Source of the DNA: Leptospiraceae bacterium
Lineage (GTDB): Bacteria; Spirochaetota; Leptospiria; Leptospirales; Leptospiraceae
Length of the DNA stretch: 64,000 nucleotides
NCBI GenBank assembly: GCA_024233835.1
Contig: JACKPC010000001.1
Span: 1,605,442-1,669,441 of the forward strand
Direction of reading: 5' to 3'
Shown one piece after another: positions 29,796 through 39,384 of the stretch; position 1 is the stretch's first letter, and every line of letters begins with the position of its first letter. Made by a program: the position numbers and the translations under genes. Under the pieces are notes generated by a model. It was given only the letters and a program-made list of their open reading frames with translations, made no database searches and was not told the DNA's origin.

Positions 29796-30866
29796 TTACA
29801 TTTCCTTACCCATCGGATTTTCTCTATAGGCTTTTGGGGATTTTCCGGTGGCTTCTTGAAAATTCTTATAAAAGGAAGATTTACTCTTAAAGCCTACCTC
29901 GAAAACAATATCCAAAATAGACATTTGAGGTGAATATACCAATAAGTGTTTGGCTTCCTGTATACGATAGTGATTTAGAAATTGAAAAAAGTTTTTATTA
30001 TAATGCTCATTCAAAACACGGGAAAGCTGATTTCTATTTATCATGAGTTTATTAGCAATATCATCTATTCGTAAATCCTCATCCTTATAAAGTTTCTTAT
30101 TCTGCATCAGTTCTTCTAAAAGCTTTTTAATCTCCTGCAGGTTTTCATCAGGTAGTTTTGTTTTTTCATATTTCTTCTGTAAAACCTCGTAAGAAAGTGC
30201 ATTAAAAAAATCCGGGTACCGTAAAAGATATAGAATGACTGACAATCCTCCGGATGTTAAATAGAAACTTAATACAAGAAGCGAAAGCTTTGAATTTCTA
30301 AATAAACAGAGATTACCCAAAAGGAAAGAAATCGGAAAGTTTAAATTGAATAAATAAACAATATTGCTATAATTAATTTCATACTTTTCTTTAAGTTCTC
30401 TGTGAAGTTGGCGATTTCGGATGTAATAATTGGAGTAAATGATACAATTTACAATTATAATCATAATACGATAAGTAAGATAATTTTCGGATGTGTAAAA
30501 CTCGGTCCCGATGAATACGAATAAGAACAATTCAAAAATAAAGTAGAGTATTATAATTTGAGAGTGGATTAGCAGGTCTTTATTTTTGTAAAGTCCGAAC
30601 ATTTTTAGACTTAAGAGGTATTGCATCGGTCCGACTCCTACTATCATAAAGAGGCTGAAACCGGAAAATAGAGACAGGATACTTGATTCAAAAAGTAAAC
30701 TTGAATAAATTCTTATTTGTACAATAAGGGCGAATATTGCAATATAGAAATGTACTCCAACTTCTCTTTTTTGGGAGTAGTTGATAAGCTCATGAATGAT
30801 TAAAAGGATTGAGAGGGAAATACCGAGTTCTGTATAAGAGTAACTCAGTTTTTCAAAAAACTCCAT
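29796..30866 (-). CDS. membrane-associated AraC-family transcriptional regulator
   Basis: Several N-terminal hydrophobic helices. C-terminal AraC HTH pair (IDDIANKLMINRNQLSRVL ... ILDIVFEVGFKSKSSFYKNFQEATGKSPKAYR). Confidence 0.7.
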   Translation of the reverse strand: MEFFEKLSYSYTELGISLSILLIIHELINYSQKREVGVHFYIAIFALIVQIRIYSSLLFESSILSLFSGFSLFMIVGVGPMQYLLSLKMFGLYKNKDLLIHSQIIILYFIFELFLFVFIGTEFYTSENYLTYRIMIIIVNCIIYSNYYIRNRQLHRELKEKYEINYSNIVYLFNLNFPISFLLGNLCLFRNSKLSLLVLSFYLTSGGLSVILYLLRYPDFFNALSYEVLQKKYEKTKLPDENLQEIKKLLEELMQNKKLYKDEDLRIDDIANKLMINRNQLSRVLNEHYNKNFFQFLNHYRIQEAKHLLVYSPQMSILDIVFEVGFKSKSSFYKNFQEATGKSPKAYRENPMGKEM

Positions 30867-30891
30867 TAAAATTATTTATAAAATAATCGTA

Positions 30892-31686
30892 TTATTCTTC
30901 CTGATCTGAACTCGGTTTTTCTTCAGTTTTCGAGTCCGGTTGTTTTTCTTTCGCAGGAGAGTCCTTTTTTTCGGAAGTAATTCCTGTTGTTTCCGAATCA
31001 CTTTTTTGCTCGATTAAACCTTCATCACTTTCATCATCTCCGGGTAATTCATTTACATAGGATTCTTTCACAATAATCCATCTTCTATTTTTATACCCGT
31101 TAATTTTTTTGAACTCAAAAAACTCCTCTTTAAGAATTAAATCTTTATGGTTCATGGTAGTCAAAGAAATGGGATCGATTCGGGTCCATTCTCTTGCATC
31201 TTCCACAAGGTCTCTATCTATTTCATGCTTTACATCACCAAAAACAAAATTATAACCATCTTTATCTTTCCAGATAAAAAAAGTATTTCGTGTTGGATTC
31301 GAGAGGACAGAATGAATGTCATCGTACTGACTTACAACAAGGAGAACTTCGTCCGGTTTTAAATTGCCAAGACTGATTGAAATTTTTTCTCCAATAAATT
31401 TTAAATTTCTGGGATGGAATAAATTATTTTGTATATCTATAATACTGGAGCGACTTAAAATTCTTATTTTTTTAAGCAAATTTTCCAGTTTCGTATGTTC
31501 TAATTTTATAGGATGCTGAAATGCAGAAGGTAAAAAACTATTATGTTCAATATCTTCGATAGTAAGAGTGTAGATAGCTACATTTTGATCACGATAAATT
31601 CGTTCCCTGTTATGAAACCCGGGCTGACAATTTATAAAAAAAAGGAACAATAAAAAAATGAGTAGGTTAGAAATAAATTTCATCAT
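30892..31686 (-). CDS. hypothetical lipoprotein with acidic Ser/Lys/Glu-rich tail
   Basis: Signal peptide with lipobox-like FINC. Start overlaps the STAS gene stop by 1 nt (operon). Confidence 0.5.
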   Translation of the reverse strand: MMKFISNLLIFLLFLFFINCQPGFHNRERIYRDQNVAIYTLTIEDIEHNSFLPSAFQHPIKLEHTKLENLLKKIRILSRSSIIDIQNNLFHPRNLKFIGEKISISLGNLKPDEVLLVVSQYDDIHSVLSNPTRNTFFIWKDKDGYNFVFGDVKHEIDRDLVEDAREWTRIDPISLTTMNHKDLILKEEFFEFKKINGYKNRRWIIVKESYVNELPGDDESDEGLIEQKSDSETTGITSEKKDSPAKEKQPDSKTEEKPSSDQEE

Positions 31687-32066
31687 TAGGCATCACTTAT
31701 ATTAGGATATTTATCATTAAATTCACTTTTGGTAAGTAAAGACATCATATTATGAATTCCCGATAATTTAAAAACAGAATAAAGGGATTTGTTTAGATTG
31801 AAAACCACAATCTCGTGGCAGTTAGACTTGGCGATGGAAGCCGCCCGGATGAGAGATCCAATTCCGGATGAATCCATAAATTGTACATTTCCGAAATCAA
31901 AACTTAGAACTTTTATTCCCGGATTATTATTTAAAATTCTTTCAAATTCGACCAGGAAATTTTTAGAATTATCCATCATGATATCCTTTTGAATTTTTAG
32001 GATTAAATGAGATTCTTTTTTTTCAGGAATAAATAGCATTTGAAATCTATATCGGCTGGAGATCAC
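31686..32066 (-). CDS. STAS-domain anti-sigma-factor antagonist (SpoIIAA-like)
   Basis: FMDSSGIGSLIRA (the conserved Ser phospho-site context DSSG) plus typical STAS secondary-structure pattern. 126 aa. Confidence 0.7.
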   Translation of the reverse strand: MISSRYRFQMLFIPEKKESHLILKIQKDIMMDNSKNFLVEFERILNNNPGIKVLSFDFGNVQFMDSSGIGSLIRAASIAKSNCHEIVVFNLNKSLYSVFKLSGIHNMMSLLTKSEFNDKYPNISDA

Positions 32067-32235
32067 TTTCTCGTAGGTTTTTTACAAGATGTGAATGACC
32101 TTCTTTATCATAGTAAATGACATCATAGATACCCTCATGTACTTCTGCTATTTCAACGATAGAATTTGTAAGTATAAATACTCCCGCCTGCATGAAGGTT
32201 TTTTTTACAAGTCTTACCTGTTCTCCCGTTTTCAA
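32047..32235 (-). CDS. small hypothetical protein in STAS/IscU-like operon
   Basis: 62-aa ORF tightly packed between 32238..33017 and the STAS gene (3-nt gap, 20-nt overlap). No motif. Confidence 0.35.
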   Translation of the reverse strand: MKTGEQVRLVKKTFMQAGVFILTNSIVEIAEVHEGIYDVIYYDKEGHSHLVKNLRESDLQPI

Positions 32236-32237
32236 AA

Positions 32238-33017
32238 CTACTCCTTTTTCATGTACAATTCTTTTCCTGCTTTTACCATCTCCTTATATATATGAACCTG
32301 TTTACTGTCAAGTCTTGTGCCTATATCATAAATGGCTCCGGAAAAATCGGCTCCATCAATCTTTGCACCACTTAATTTGGCCCATCTGAGATCCGCTCCC
32401 CTAAAATTTGCATTCTGGAGATCGGCATCATTTAAAAAAGCACCCCTGAGATTCGCTCCGGAGAAATTCGCTCCAACAAAACTGGCATTCTGTAAAAAAG
32501 CATTATGCAGATTTGCATTGGAAAAATCAACCTTATCCATGTTTTCTTTTTCTAGGATTATACTCGCTAATTCTTCTCCGGCTAAACTACCTTTTTCTTT
32601 AAGGATTTCGAGGGCTTTTTTTCTTGTCACCCTTTTTTCCGGTGGGAGTCCTGTTTGATTTTCATAGTCTTCAATCGCTTTCTTTAATGCTGCTATCGCT
32701 GACTGAGGGTAGTTCTTTCGCCTTTCAGGAAATTCGAAAAGTTTCTCTACATCGGCCTCGGTTAGCCTTTTAGCTTCTTCGATTGTCTTATTTCGGGCAA
32801 TTTCTGTTGTCATGGCCAGGGCTGTGATTCCAAAACCGCAACCGGTAGTTGTGTAACTGGCATCTGTTATAAGGCCTGTTTCTTTATCAATTTTTAGATA
32901 AATTCGATAACCATCTCCACAGCCTGTATTCCTGTAATTGGAAACTACGGTAGCGTCTTCCATTTCCCTATAGTTTAGTCGTTTATCATTTATTTCTTTA
33001 TATTTTTCGAAGTCCAT
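32238..33017 (-). CDS. IscU/NifU-N-like domain fused to C-terminal pentapeptide-repeat domain
   Basis: N-terminus carries the IscU motifs NTGCGDGYRIYLKI and TTGCGFGITALAMTTE. The third conserved Cys (HCS in IscU) is absent (NYPQSAIAALK). C-terminus has ~14 consecutive pentapeptide repeats (ANLHNAFLQNASFVGANFSGANLRGAFLNDADLQNANFRGADLRWAKLSGAKIDGADFSGA). Confidence 0.7.
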   Translation of the reverse strand: MDFEKYKEINDKRLNYREMEDATVVSNYRNTGCGDGYRIYLKIDKETGLITDASYTTTGCGFGITALAMTTEIARNKTIEEAKRLTEADVEKLFEFPERRKNYPQSAIAALKKAIEDYENQTGLPPEKRVTRKKALEILKEKGSLAGEELASIILEKENMDKVDFSNANLHNAFLQNASFVGANFSGANLRGAFLNDADLQNANFRGADLRWAKLSGAKIDGADFSGAIYDIGTRLDSKQVHIYKEMVKAGKELYMKKE

Positions 33018-33081
33018 CTGTTTTTAGACCTATTATCATGAAAGCTATTGTGGATAGTATAAAATTTTTTAGAATGATTTT

Positions 33082-33117
33082 AAAAAAAAACCGACAGTCG
33101 CTCTGAAGCTCTGTCGG
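33082..33117 (-). terminator. rho-independent terminator of rpmE
   Basis: Minus-strand hairpin CCGACAG-N13-CTGTCGG followed by a U9 tract, ~35 nt after the rpmE stop. Confidence 0.6.
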
Positions 33118-33149
33118 TTCTTATTCTGCAAGCATAAACAAAACAATTA

Positions 33150-33350
33150 TTATTTCATTTTATACTTACGTTTGAACTTCTCAACCCTTCCTGCTGTATC
33201 TACAACTTTTGCCTTGCCGGTAAAGAAAGGGTGGCAGTTGGAGCAAATTTCAATGTTATGGTCTCCTCTGGTAGATCTTGTTTCGAAAACAGCACCGCAG
33301 GAGCATTTTATTTTTGCTAGTTTATAATCTGGATGTATTCCCTGTTTCAT
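33150..33350 (-). CDS. rpmE: 50S ribosomal protein L31 (Zn-ribbon type)
   Basis: MKQGIHPDY...CSCG...[10 protein letters not shown] is the canonical L31 sequence with 4 Cys. Confidence 0.9.
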   Translation of the reverse strand: MKQGIHPDYKLAKIKCSCGAVFETRSTRGDHNIEICSNCHPFFTGKAKVVDTAGRVEKFKRKYKMK

Positions 33351-33362
33351 TTATTGTTCACC

Positions 33363-34799
33363 TCAATTAGAATTCATGCTCGCCAGGAATGCTTCGTTAG
33401 TTTTTGTTGCCCTGATTTTATCGAGTAGAAGTTCCATGCTTTCCGTGATACTCATTGGGGCAAGTACTTTTCTAAGCACAAATACTTTTTGAATAACATC
33501 TGTAGGCAAAAGAAGTTCTTCCTTACGAGTTCCTGACTTATTAATATCAATGGATGGAAAGATCCGCTTATCTGATAGTTTTCTATCAAGGTGAACTTCC
33601 ATATTACCCGTTCCCTTAAATTCTTCAAAAATAACCTCATCCATTTTGGAACCGGTATCAATAAGGGCAGTAGCCAGGATGGTAAGAGAACCACCTTCTT
33701 CGATATTTCTGGCAGCTCCAAAGAAACGCTTGGGTTTATGCAGAGCGTTGGAGTCAACTCCACCTGAAAGAATTTTACCGGAAGTAGGAATCACCTGGTT
33801 ATAAGCTCTTGCAAGCCTTGTTATAGAGTCTAAAAGTATCACTACGTCTCTTCCGTGTTCCACAAGACGTTTGGCCTTTTCCAGAACCATTTCGGCTACC
33901 TGTACGTGTCTCTGGGCAGGTTCATCAAATGTTGAACTTACCACTTCCCCTTTTACGTTTCTTGCCATATCCGTTACTTCTTCCGGTCGTTCATCGATTA
34001 AAAGCACGATCAGATAGATTTCCGGGTGATTACAGGTGATAGCATTGGCTATACTCTGCATTAAAACTGTTTTTCCGGTTCTTGGAGGGGCAACAATAAG
34101 ACCTCTCTGACCTTTTCCAATTGGAGTCATCAGATCCAGAATCCGGGTATCAATATGAGTCGGATGATATTCCAAAGCTAATTTCTCATTGGGATAGAGT
34201 GGAGTAAGGTTATCAAATAAAGAACGTTTATTAGCTACTTCAGGTCCGAAACCATTTACCGACTCAACCCTTAGCATTGCAAAAAATCTTTCCGAATCTT
34301 TCGGAGGACGAATCTGCCCTTCTACTGTATCCCCGGTTCTCAGGCCAAAAAGCTTGATTTGGGAGGGAGAAACATAAATATCATCGGGTCCCGGAACGTA
34401 ATTGTAATCGGGGGAACGTAAAAAACCGTACCCATCCGGTAGTTTTTCCATTACACCGGAAGCATGTACCTGTCCATCCCTCTCAGTCTGATTTTGTAAA
34501 ATTGCAAAAATGAGATTCTGTTTCTTTAAGCCGTTGACATTTTCTACGTTTAAAGAAGTAGCTAACTCTGAAAGTTCTGCTATGGATTTTCGTTTAAGAA
34601 CCGTCAAATCGATCGGAGGCGGGGTCGGTCCATCATAATTTTTTTTCCGTTTCCGGTTTCCGGTTCTTCCGTTATTATTAGAGGGGCCGTTATTACTATA
34701 GTTTGAACTACCACCTGAGTTTTCTTGTTCAGGTGAAGAATCTAATTCTGGATTTGCTTCCTGAGCAGAAGTATCCTCTTTTCTTCTATATGTTGCCAT
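33363..34799 (-). CDS. rho: transcription termination factor Rho with N/G/S-rich N-terminal extension
   Basis: Rho N-terminal OB/CSD, Walker A GKTVLMQ ([13 protein letters not shown]), Q and R loops, conserved C-terminus. Extra ~60-aa low-complexity segment ([23 protein letters not shown]) precedes the Rho N-terminal domain. Confidence 0.9.
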   Translation of the reverse strand: MATYRRKEDTSAQEANPELDSSPEQENSGGSSNYSNNGPSNNNGRTGNRKRKKNYDGPTPPPIDLTVLKRKSIAELSELATSLNVENVNGLKKQNLIFAILQNQTERDGQVHASGVMEKLPDGYGFLRSPDYNYVPGPDDIYVSPSQIKLFGLRTGDTVEGQIRPPKDSERFFAMLRVESVNGFGPEVANKRSLFDNLTPLYPNEKLALEYHPTHIDTRILDLMTPIGKGQRGLIVAPPRTGKTVLMQSIANAITCNHPEIYLIVLLIDERPEEVTDMARNVKGEVVSSTFDEPAQRHVQVAEMVLEKAKRLVEHGRDVVILLDSITRLARAYNQVIPTSGKILSGGVDSNALHKPKRFFGAARNIEEGGSLTILATALIDTGSKMDEVIFEEFKGTGNMEVHLDRKLSDKRIFPSIDINKSGTRKEELLLPTDVIQKVFVLRKVLAPMSITESMELLLDKIRATKTNEAFLASMNSN

Positions 34800-34884
34800 A
34801 TTATTACTGCTTTATTTTGATTTATTCTATTAGATTTGGGTTTTAAGAAGCGAGATTAATTTTAAGAGTAAACACTCTATCACT

Positions 34885-36267
34885 TCATTTTTTCTTATTC
34901 TTTTTTGCTTTGGAACCCATGGATTGGCCTTTTCCAGCTTGTGACTTCTGGTTTCCTGTTTTATTAATATTTCTTACCGGTTCAGGATTTTGAAATTCAT
35001 CAGAATTGGAAGGTTTCTCCAGGAAATCTTCAACTTGTGGCTCACCGTCCTCCTTATCATAAAAAGAGTAAGGCAGGCTATTAAATTCTTCATCTAATAT
35101 ATATTCGTCGTTGTCAATATTTTTTTCAAAAAAATCCTCAAAATCTTCCTCCCTCCTGTTGGAGCGCTTTCTGGGGATGGGTTCTTCCATTTTAATATCA
35201 TATTTTTCGAGGATTTCCAGTTGCTTGATTTTATTTTGTAAGGTAGAACGAGGAATTCCGAGCTGGGAAGCTGTATGGGAAATATTCATTTTATTTTGTT
35301 TTAAGGTATTATAGATGTAGCTGCATTCTATTTCCTGAAGAATTTTCTCTAAAGGTGTCTTCATCGCAAAGGCCTGCTCGGCAGAAGGTATGGAGGTATA
35401 GTTTCCCGAACGAATAAACTGGTTTTGGGGTTCGATGAAATGATACAGAAAGCCTATTACTTTTTTTTCAGATTTTAAAGTAATAATCCGTACGATTTTT
35501 CCAAGATTTTTTACCATTGCCTGGATAGGAGGAAGCTGCATGCCAATTTTCTCGTCGGCATCTCTTTCTTTTAGAAAGTGAGAAATCATATCCCGGTTCA
35601 GTTCTTTAAAATATCTTTCTGCCATGGAAATAGAATCTTTGAAAAAGGAGATAGATAAGATTTTTTTTTCAAAATTTTCATTAAAGAAGGTTGTTTTGCC
35701 CTCTTTATCGGTGGAAAAGAGGGGATCCGGAAAATTTTCGAGGATAATCTCTATATATTTATAAATCGTTTGTCGGGAATCCGGAATTACCTTTTCTTCC
35801 GGTTTTGTCTCTTCTTCCGGTTCTTTTTCTTCTACTTCTTCCGGAAGTTCCTTACTCAGGGATGATATTTCTGCTAAAAAACGGGGTTTTTCCCAGGAGC
35901 CTACCTTTTCCGAGAAAACATTTAAAACCGGGATAGTTCTGTTATTTTGGAAGTAGTAAATAAGACTTTCATTGAAACTGAAATCTATAAAATGCTCCGG
36001 AACTTTTTCAAACTCCAGACCCTGTAGAGATAGATCCGCCATGTCCATCATGACTTTTTCTTTTGAAATAAGGCCTATAAACTTGCCATCTTCATCAACA
36101 AGCGGGAGATGACTCACCGGACTTAAGAGAAAATGCTTATATATTGTTTCTATTTTCATGTAAGGGAAGCTATTTGCAGAATCTAAAGTTTCTTTTGGAA
36201 ATGCAAGCAATAATCGGCATTTAATAAAAATGGATAGAAAGCAAGTCAGGGATGGCTCAGCCGCCAA
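34885..36267 (-). CDS. CBS-domain / Fis-type HTH (HTH_8) regulatory protein
   Basis: N-terminal CBS-like segment (LPLVDEDGKFIGLISKEKVM). C-terminal HTH_8 (MNISHTASQLGIPRSTLQNKIKQL) followed by an acidic/basic tail. No AAA+ sigma-54 domain. True start possibly the internal MKIETIYKH (36159). Confidence 0.5.
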   Translation of the reverse strand: MAAEPSLTCFLSIFIKCRLLLAFPKETLDSANSFPYMKIETIYKHFLLSPVSHLPLVDEDGKFIGLISKEKVMMDMADLSLQGLEFEKVPEHFIDFSFNESLIYYFQNNRTIPVLNVFSEKVGSWEKPRFLAEISSLSKELPEEVEEKEPEEETKPEEKVIPDSRQTIYKYIEIILENFPDPLFSTDKEGKTTFFNENFEKKILSISFFKDSISMAERYFKELNRDMISHFLKERDADEKIGMQLPPIQAMVKNLGKIVRIITLKSEKKVIGFLYHFIEPQNQFIRSGNYTSIPSAEQAFAMKTPLEKILQEIECSYIYNTLKQNKMNISHTASQLGIPRSTLQNKIKQLEILEKYDIKMEEPIPRKRSNRREEDFEDFFEKNIDNDEYILDEEFNSLPYSFYDKEDGEPQVEDFLEKPSNSDEFQNPEPVRNINKTGNQKSQAGKGQSMGSKAKKNKKK

Positions 36268-36306
36268 AAAAGAAATACTTCCGATTTTTTTGTAGGATTG
36301 TCCAAT

Positions 36307-37005
36307 TTATAGAGAAGTTTTTCCTCCGTCTTCTTCAATCATTTCGATAATATCCTTGAAACTGGATTTAATAGGGAAACGTTTTACTTCGTCAATATCT
36401 TCCATTTCTTCGATTCGATTTACCAGCCTGGAATATCGACCCGAGATTCTACCGATCAATTTTTTAAAACCGGCACGGGTAGTATCTCCATTGGATTTGG
36501 AAATCACTTTTTCACAGAGTTGTACCATCTGTAGATCACTGGGATTAACTACATTATAGGCTTCTTTTGCTTCCTCGAAAAGGATATAACAATCGGTTTT
36601 ATCCCGCTTTAAGCTGAGGTATTCTTCAGCCTCAATTACCTTGGCGGTAAAGGATTTTTGGATGCTTTCCGGATAGGAGTCCAGACCTACTGTTTCCCCG
36701 AGCTGATTTACAAAACTTTTTAGATCCATTAATTTCTTTTTCTTGGTATCAATTAACTTCTTTTTTTGTATTAGCCGTTCTCGAAAAGAAGAATGAAGGG
36801 TCATTAACTGTATTAGCTCATCCCTATCAATTTCTTCATAACCCTCGTAGGGTAAGGCTCCATCTTTTAACTTATAGACTTTCCAGGGATAATCTTCCGG
36901 AATATCTTCAGTGTTGGGACCGTAGAATTTAACCGCGAAGTACTCCTGCTTTTCAGGCTCTTTTCTTTTTTCTCTTCGACTCATCTGCATTATTCCGGCT
37001 ATCAT
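36307..37005 (-). CDS. hypothetical protein
   Basis: 232-aa charged ORF. No motif. Confidence 0.35.
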   Translation of the reverse strand: MIAGIMQMSRREKRKEPEKQEYFAVKFYGPNTEDIPEDYPWKVYKLKDGALPYEGYEEIDRDELIQLMTLHSSFRERLIQKKKLIDTKKKKLMDLKSFVNQLGETVGLDSYPESIQKSFTAKVIEAEEYLSLKRDKTDCYILFEEAKEAYNVVNPSDLQMVQLCEKVISKSNGDTTRAGFKKLIGRISGRYSRLVNRIEEMEDIDEVKRFPIKSSFKDIIEMIEEDGGKTSL

Positions 37006-37148
37006 CGATTAATAAGATAAATAATTTATTTACTAAAATAAAATTATCAAGAATTTTTTTCCCTTTTTAAACTGACTATGAAAAAATCCTTTCAGTACCG
37101 GAGTTTTTTCTTGCAAGACAATAGAGTATTTATGGAACTAAAGTCTGT

Positions 37149-37805
37149 ATGCAAACAGATAGAATTTTAAATTTTTTAACTGAGCTTAAGAAGAATAATC
37201 ATAAAACCTGGTTTGAGGAAAATAAAGAAGAGTTTCGGAAATCCTATCAGGACTTTTCTGAATTTACAGAGGTGTTAATCGCCGGAATTGAGAATTTTGA
37301 TCCGACATTGAAAGGTGTTAGAGCTAAGGACTGTATTTTTAGAATTTATAAGGATACAAGATTTTCAAAAGACAAAACCCCGTATAAAACTAATTTTGGA
37401 GCTTTTATGAAAGGGGGAGGCAAAAAAACAAGTTCAGCCGGCTATTACTTGCATCTCGAACCGGAAAAATCTTTTATAGCTGCAGGAGTTTATCAACCAC
37501 CTGCACCTGAGTTATGGAAGATTCGAACGGCTATTGCAGAAAAGCCGGAAATTCTCCAAAAAATTCTTCTGGAGAAAAAGCTCAAAACGGAATTTGGAGA
37601 ACTTGAAGGAGAAAGGGTAAAAACGGCTCCGAAAGGCTTTTCTAAAGAACATCCTGCTATTGAGCTTCTCAGATTTAAAAGTTATATCCTGATGAAAGAA
37701 ATCTCAAGTGATGAACTTAAGGTAAAAAATGCTTCAGTAAATCTATTGAAAAGTTATGAAATTGCAAAAGATTTTAATTTCTATTTTAACCGTATACTGG
37801 TTTAA
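37149..37805 (+). CDS. DUF2461/TIGR02453-family conserved hypothetical protein
   Basis: Characteristic motifs KDCIFRIYKDTRFSKDKTPYK and YYLHLEPEKSFIAAGVYQP. Confidence 0.55.
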   Translation: MQTDRILNFLTELKKNNHKTWFEENKEEFRKSYQDFSEFTEVLIAGIENFDPTLKGVRAKDCIFRIYKDTRFSKDKTPYKTNFGAFMKGGGKKTSSAGYYLHLEPEKSFIAAGVYQPPAPELWKIRTAIAEKPEILQKILLEKKLKTEFGELEGERVKTAPKGFSKEHPAIELLRFKSYILMKEISSDELKVKNASVNLLKSYEIAKDFNFYFNRILV

Positions 37806-37846
37806 AAACAGATAGATAGAAAGGAAGTCTAAAAAAAGAGGTATAT

Positions 37847-38542
37847 ATGCAAGAAAACAGTAAGAAAAAAATGATATATTCCGGGATTATTCTCAGTTTT
37901 ATCGTGGTTTTTTATTTTTTATTCAGCAGTGAAACAAAACTAACCAATGATTCGAAAAAGTCAAAAACAGAATCTGGCTCCGACCTGGTTTCTCTTTTAA
38001 ACTCCGGAGGCAGCAAAAGAGAAGTGGATGAAAACGGAATTGTAAAAAACTCCGGTGAATCTGTTTTTGAGTCTGATTTCTATAAATCCGGAAACCTGAA
38101 GTTTGAAGATGAGGGCAAAGAAGAACATTATATGGCACAGGGGGAAATACCTATTAACCCACAGACCGGGCAGCCATACAGTGAATCTGCGATGAAGCAA
38201 TTTGAAGAACTGGCCAAAAAAATGCTCGGAAATGAACTGATACCCAGAAGAGTGACTCCGGAACAAAAAGAAGCCAAAGCACAGGAAGCAGCCAGGCTCA
38301 GAGAAATCACAGCAAAAGTTAATAATGCAACCGCTTCCAGGGAAGAAGTGAATCAATTCTACGATTCCCAGGCTAAGACTTTTCAGGATAGACTTCAGAT
38401 TGTCAAATACCTGATCGAATTGCAGGAAGAAGGAGGAGAAGAGGATAAAGACGGGAAGTTTAAAAAAGTTTTAGATGGAACCAACGAACAGCTAAGGATT
38501 TTAGAACAGAGAAGAAATGACTCTTTAAAGCGCTTTCAGTAG
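37847..38542 (+). CDS. hypothetical membrane-anchored protein
   Basis: One N-terminal TM helix. Charged coiled-coil-like C-terminal region. Confidence 0.4.
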   Translation: MQENSKKKMIYSGIILSFIVVFYFLFSSETKLTNDSKKSKTESGSDLVSLLNSGGSKREVDENGIVKNSGESVFESDFYKSGNLKFEDEGKEEHYMAQGEIPINPQTGQPYSESAMKQFEELAKKMLGNELIPRRVTPEQKEAKAQEAARLREITAKVNNATASREEVNQFYDSQAKTFQDRLQIVKYLIELQEEGGEEDKDGKFKKVLDGTNEQLRILEQRRNDSLKRFQ

Positions 38543-38556
38543 AAAGCGCAGTTTCA

Positions 38557-38901
38557 CTATCTGAGGGAGGTAAGTTCTCTATAGGCTCGGACTACGCCAT
38601 CTGCCAGGGTTTTAGTAAAGGTGAGGGCAATTCTGGCTTTTTCGGAAGCGATCATAACTTCATGGGCATCCACACTGTTAGGATTTGTTACTAATTGCTG
38701 AGTTAGCTTATCAGCTTCTACCTGTTGATCGTTCACTTTTTCTAAAGCTTTAAAAAGAGTAGTTGCAAAGCTTTCCGAAATATTATCCGGAGATTCGGCC
38801 TGTTTCGTATCTTTGTAATGTAAGGAATTCGTTTGATTAACAGAAATGCTGTCACCTTTAGGGGACAAAGGAAAGGGATTTTGGTTTGAAATGGGACTCA
38901 T
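38557..38901 (-). CDS. fliE: flagellar hook-basal body protein FliE
   Basis: Follows flgC. C-terminal segment (DAHEVMIASEKARIALTFTKTLADGVVRAYRELTSL) matches the conserved FliE C-terminus. 114 aa. Confidence 0.7.
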   Translation of the reverse strand: MSPISNQNPFPLSPKGDSISVNQTNSLHYKDTKQAESPDNISESFATTLFKALEKVNDQQVEADKLTQQLVTNPNSVDAHEVMIASEKARIALTFTKTLADGVVRAYRELTSLR

Positions 38902-38911
38902 TCTTTACTCC

Positions 38912-39373
38912 TCAGGCTCTTCCGATTTCCATAGCTTTATTGAACATGGCCCTGGAACCGTTTATCATTTGTATATTCGCTTCATAGGAACGGGATGCTG
39001 AAATCATGTCGGTCATTTCGGTAACGATGTTTACATTGGGAAGTTCGACATAGCCTTTTTTCTGTCCGATTTGAATGGCATCGGGATGACTTGGGTCATA
39101 AACCAGCCTGAGAGGACTCATGTCTTTCTCAATTTTCATGACTTTCACACCCTCTCCGTCGCCAGGGTTTAGACCAAAAGGAAAAACAGGACTGTTCCAG
39201 CGTGTTTTCAGGTTAATAGGAGACATGATAACTCTTTGACGACGATAGGGACCATCGCCATTCGTATTGCGGGTGGTTGTGGCATTGGATATATTATTGG
39301 AAATAACATCCATCCGAAGTCTTTGTGCGGAAAGACCGGTTGCTGAAACGTTAATAGATGAAAATAAACCCAC
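38912..39373 (-). CDS. flgC: flagellar basal-body rod protein FlgC
   Basis: N-terminal rod motif SATGLSAQRLRMDVISNNISNATT and C-terminal YVELPNVNIVTEMTDMISASRSYEAN. Confidence 0.9.
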   Translation of the reverse strand: MGLFSSINVSATGLSAQRLRMDVISNNISNATTTRNTNGDGPYRRQRVIMSPINLKTRWNSPVFPFGLNPGDGEGVKVMKIEKDMSPLRLVYDPSHPDAIQIGQKKGYVELPNVNIVTEMTDMISASRSYEANIQMINGSRAMFNKAMEIGRA

Positions 39374-39384
39374 TCTTTAACTCC

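Noticed and set aside
32332-32658. 108-aa plus-strand ORF rich in APxKFA repeats
   Set aside because: It is the antisense reading of the pentapeptide-repeat region of 32238..33017. The repeat periodicity is mirrored, not independent coding.
37923-38356. Minus-strand ORFs (71, 119, 60 aa) inside 37847..38542
   Set aside because: Low-complexity antisense frames. The plus-strand gene has a typical signal/TM start and a charged coiled coil.
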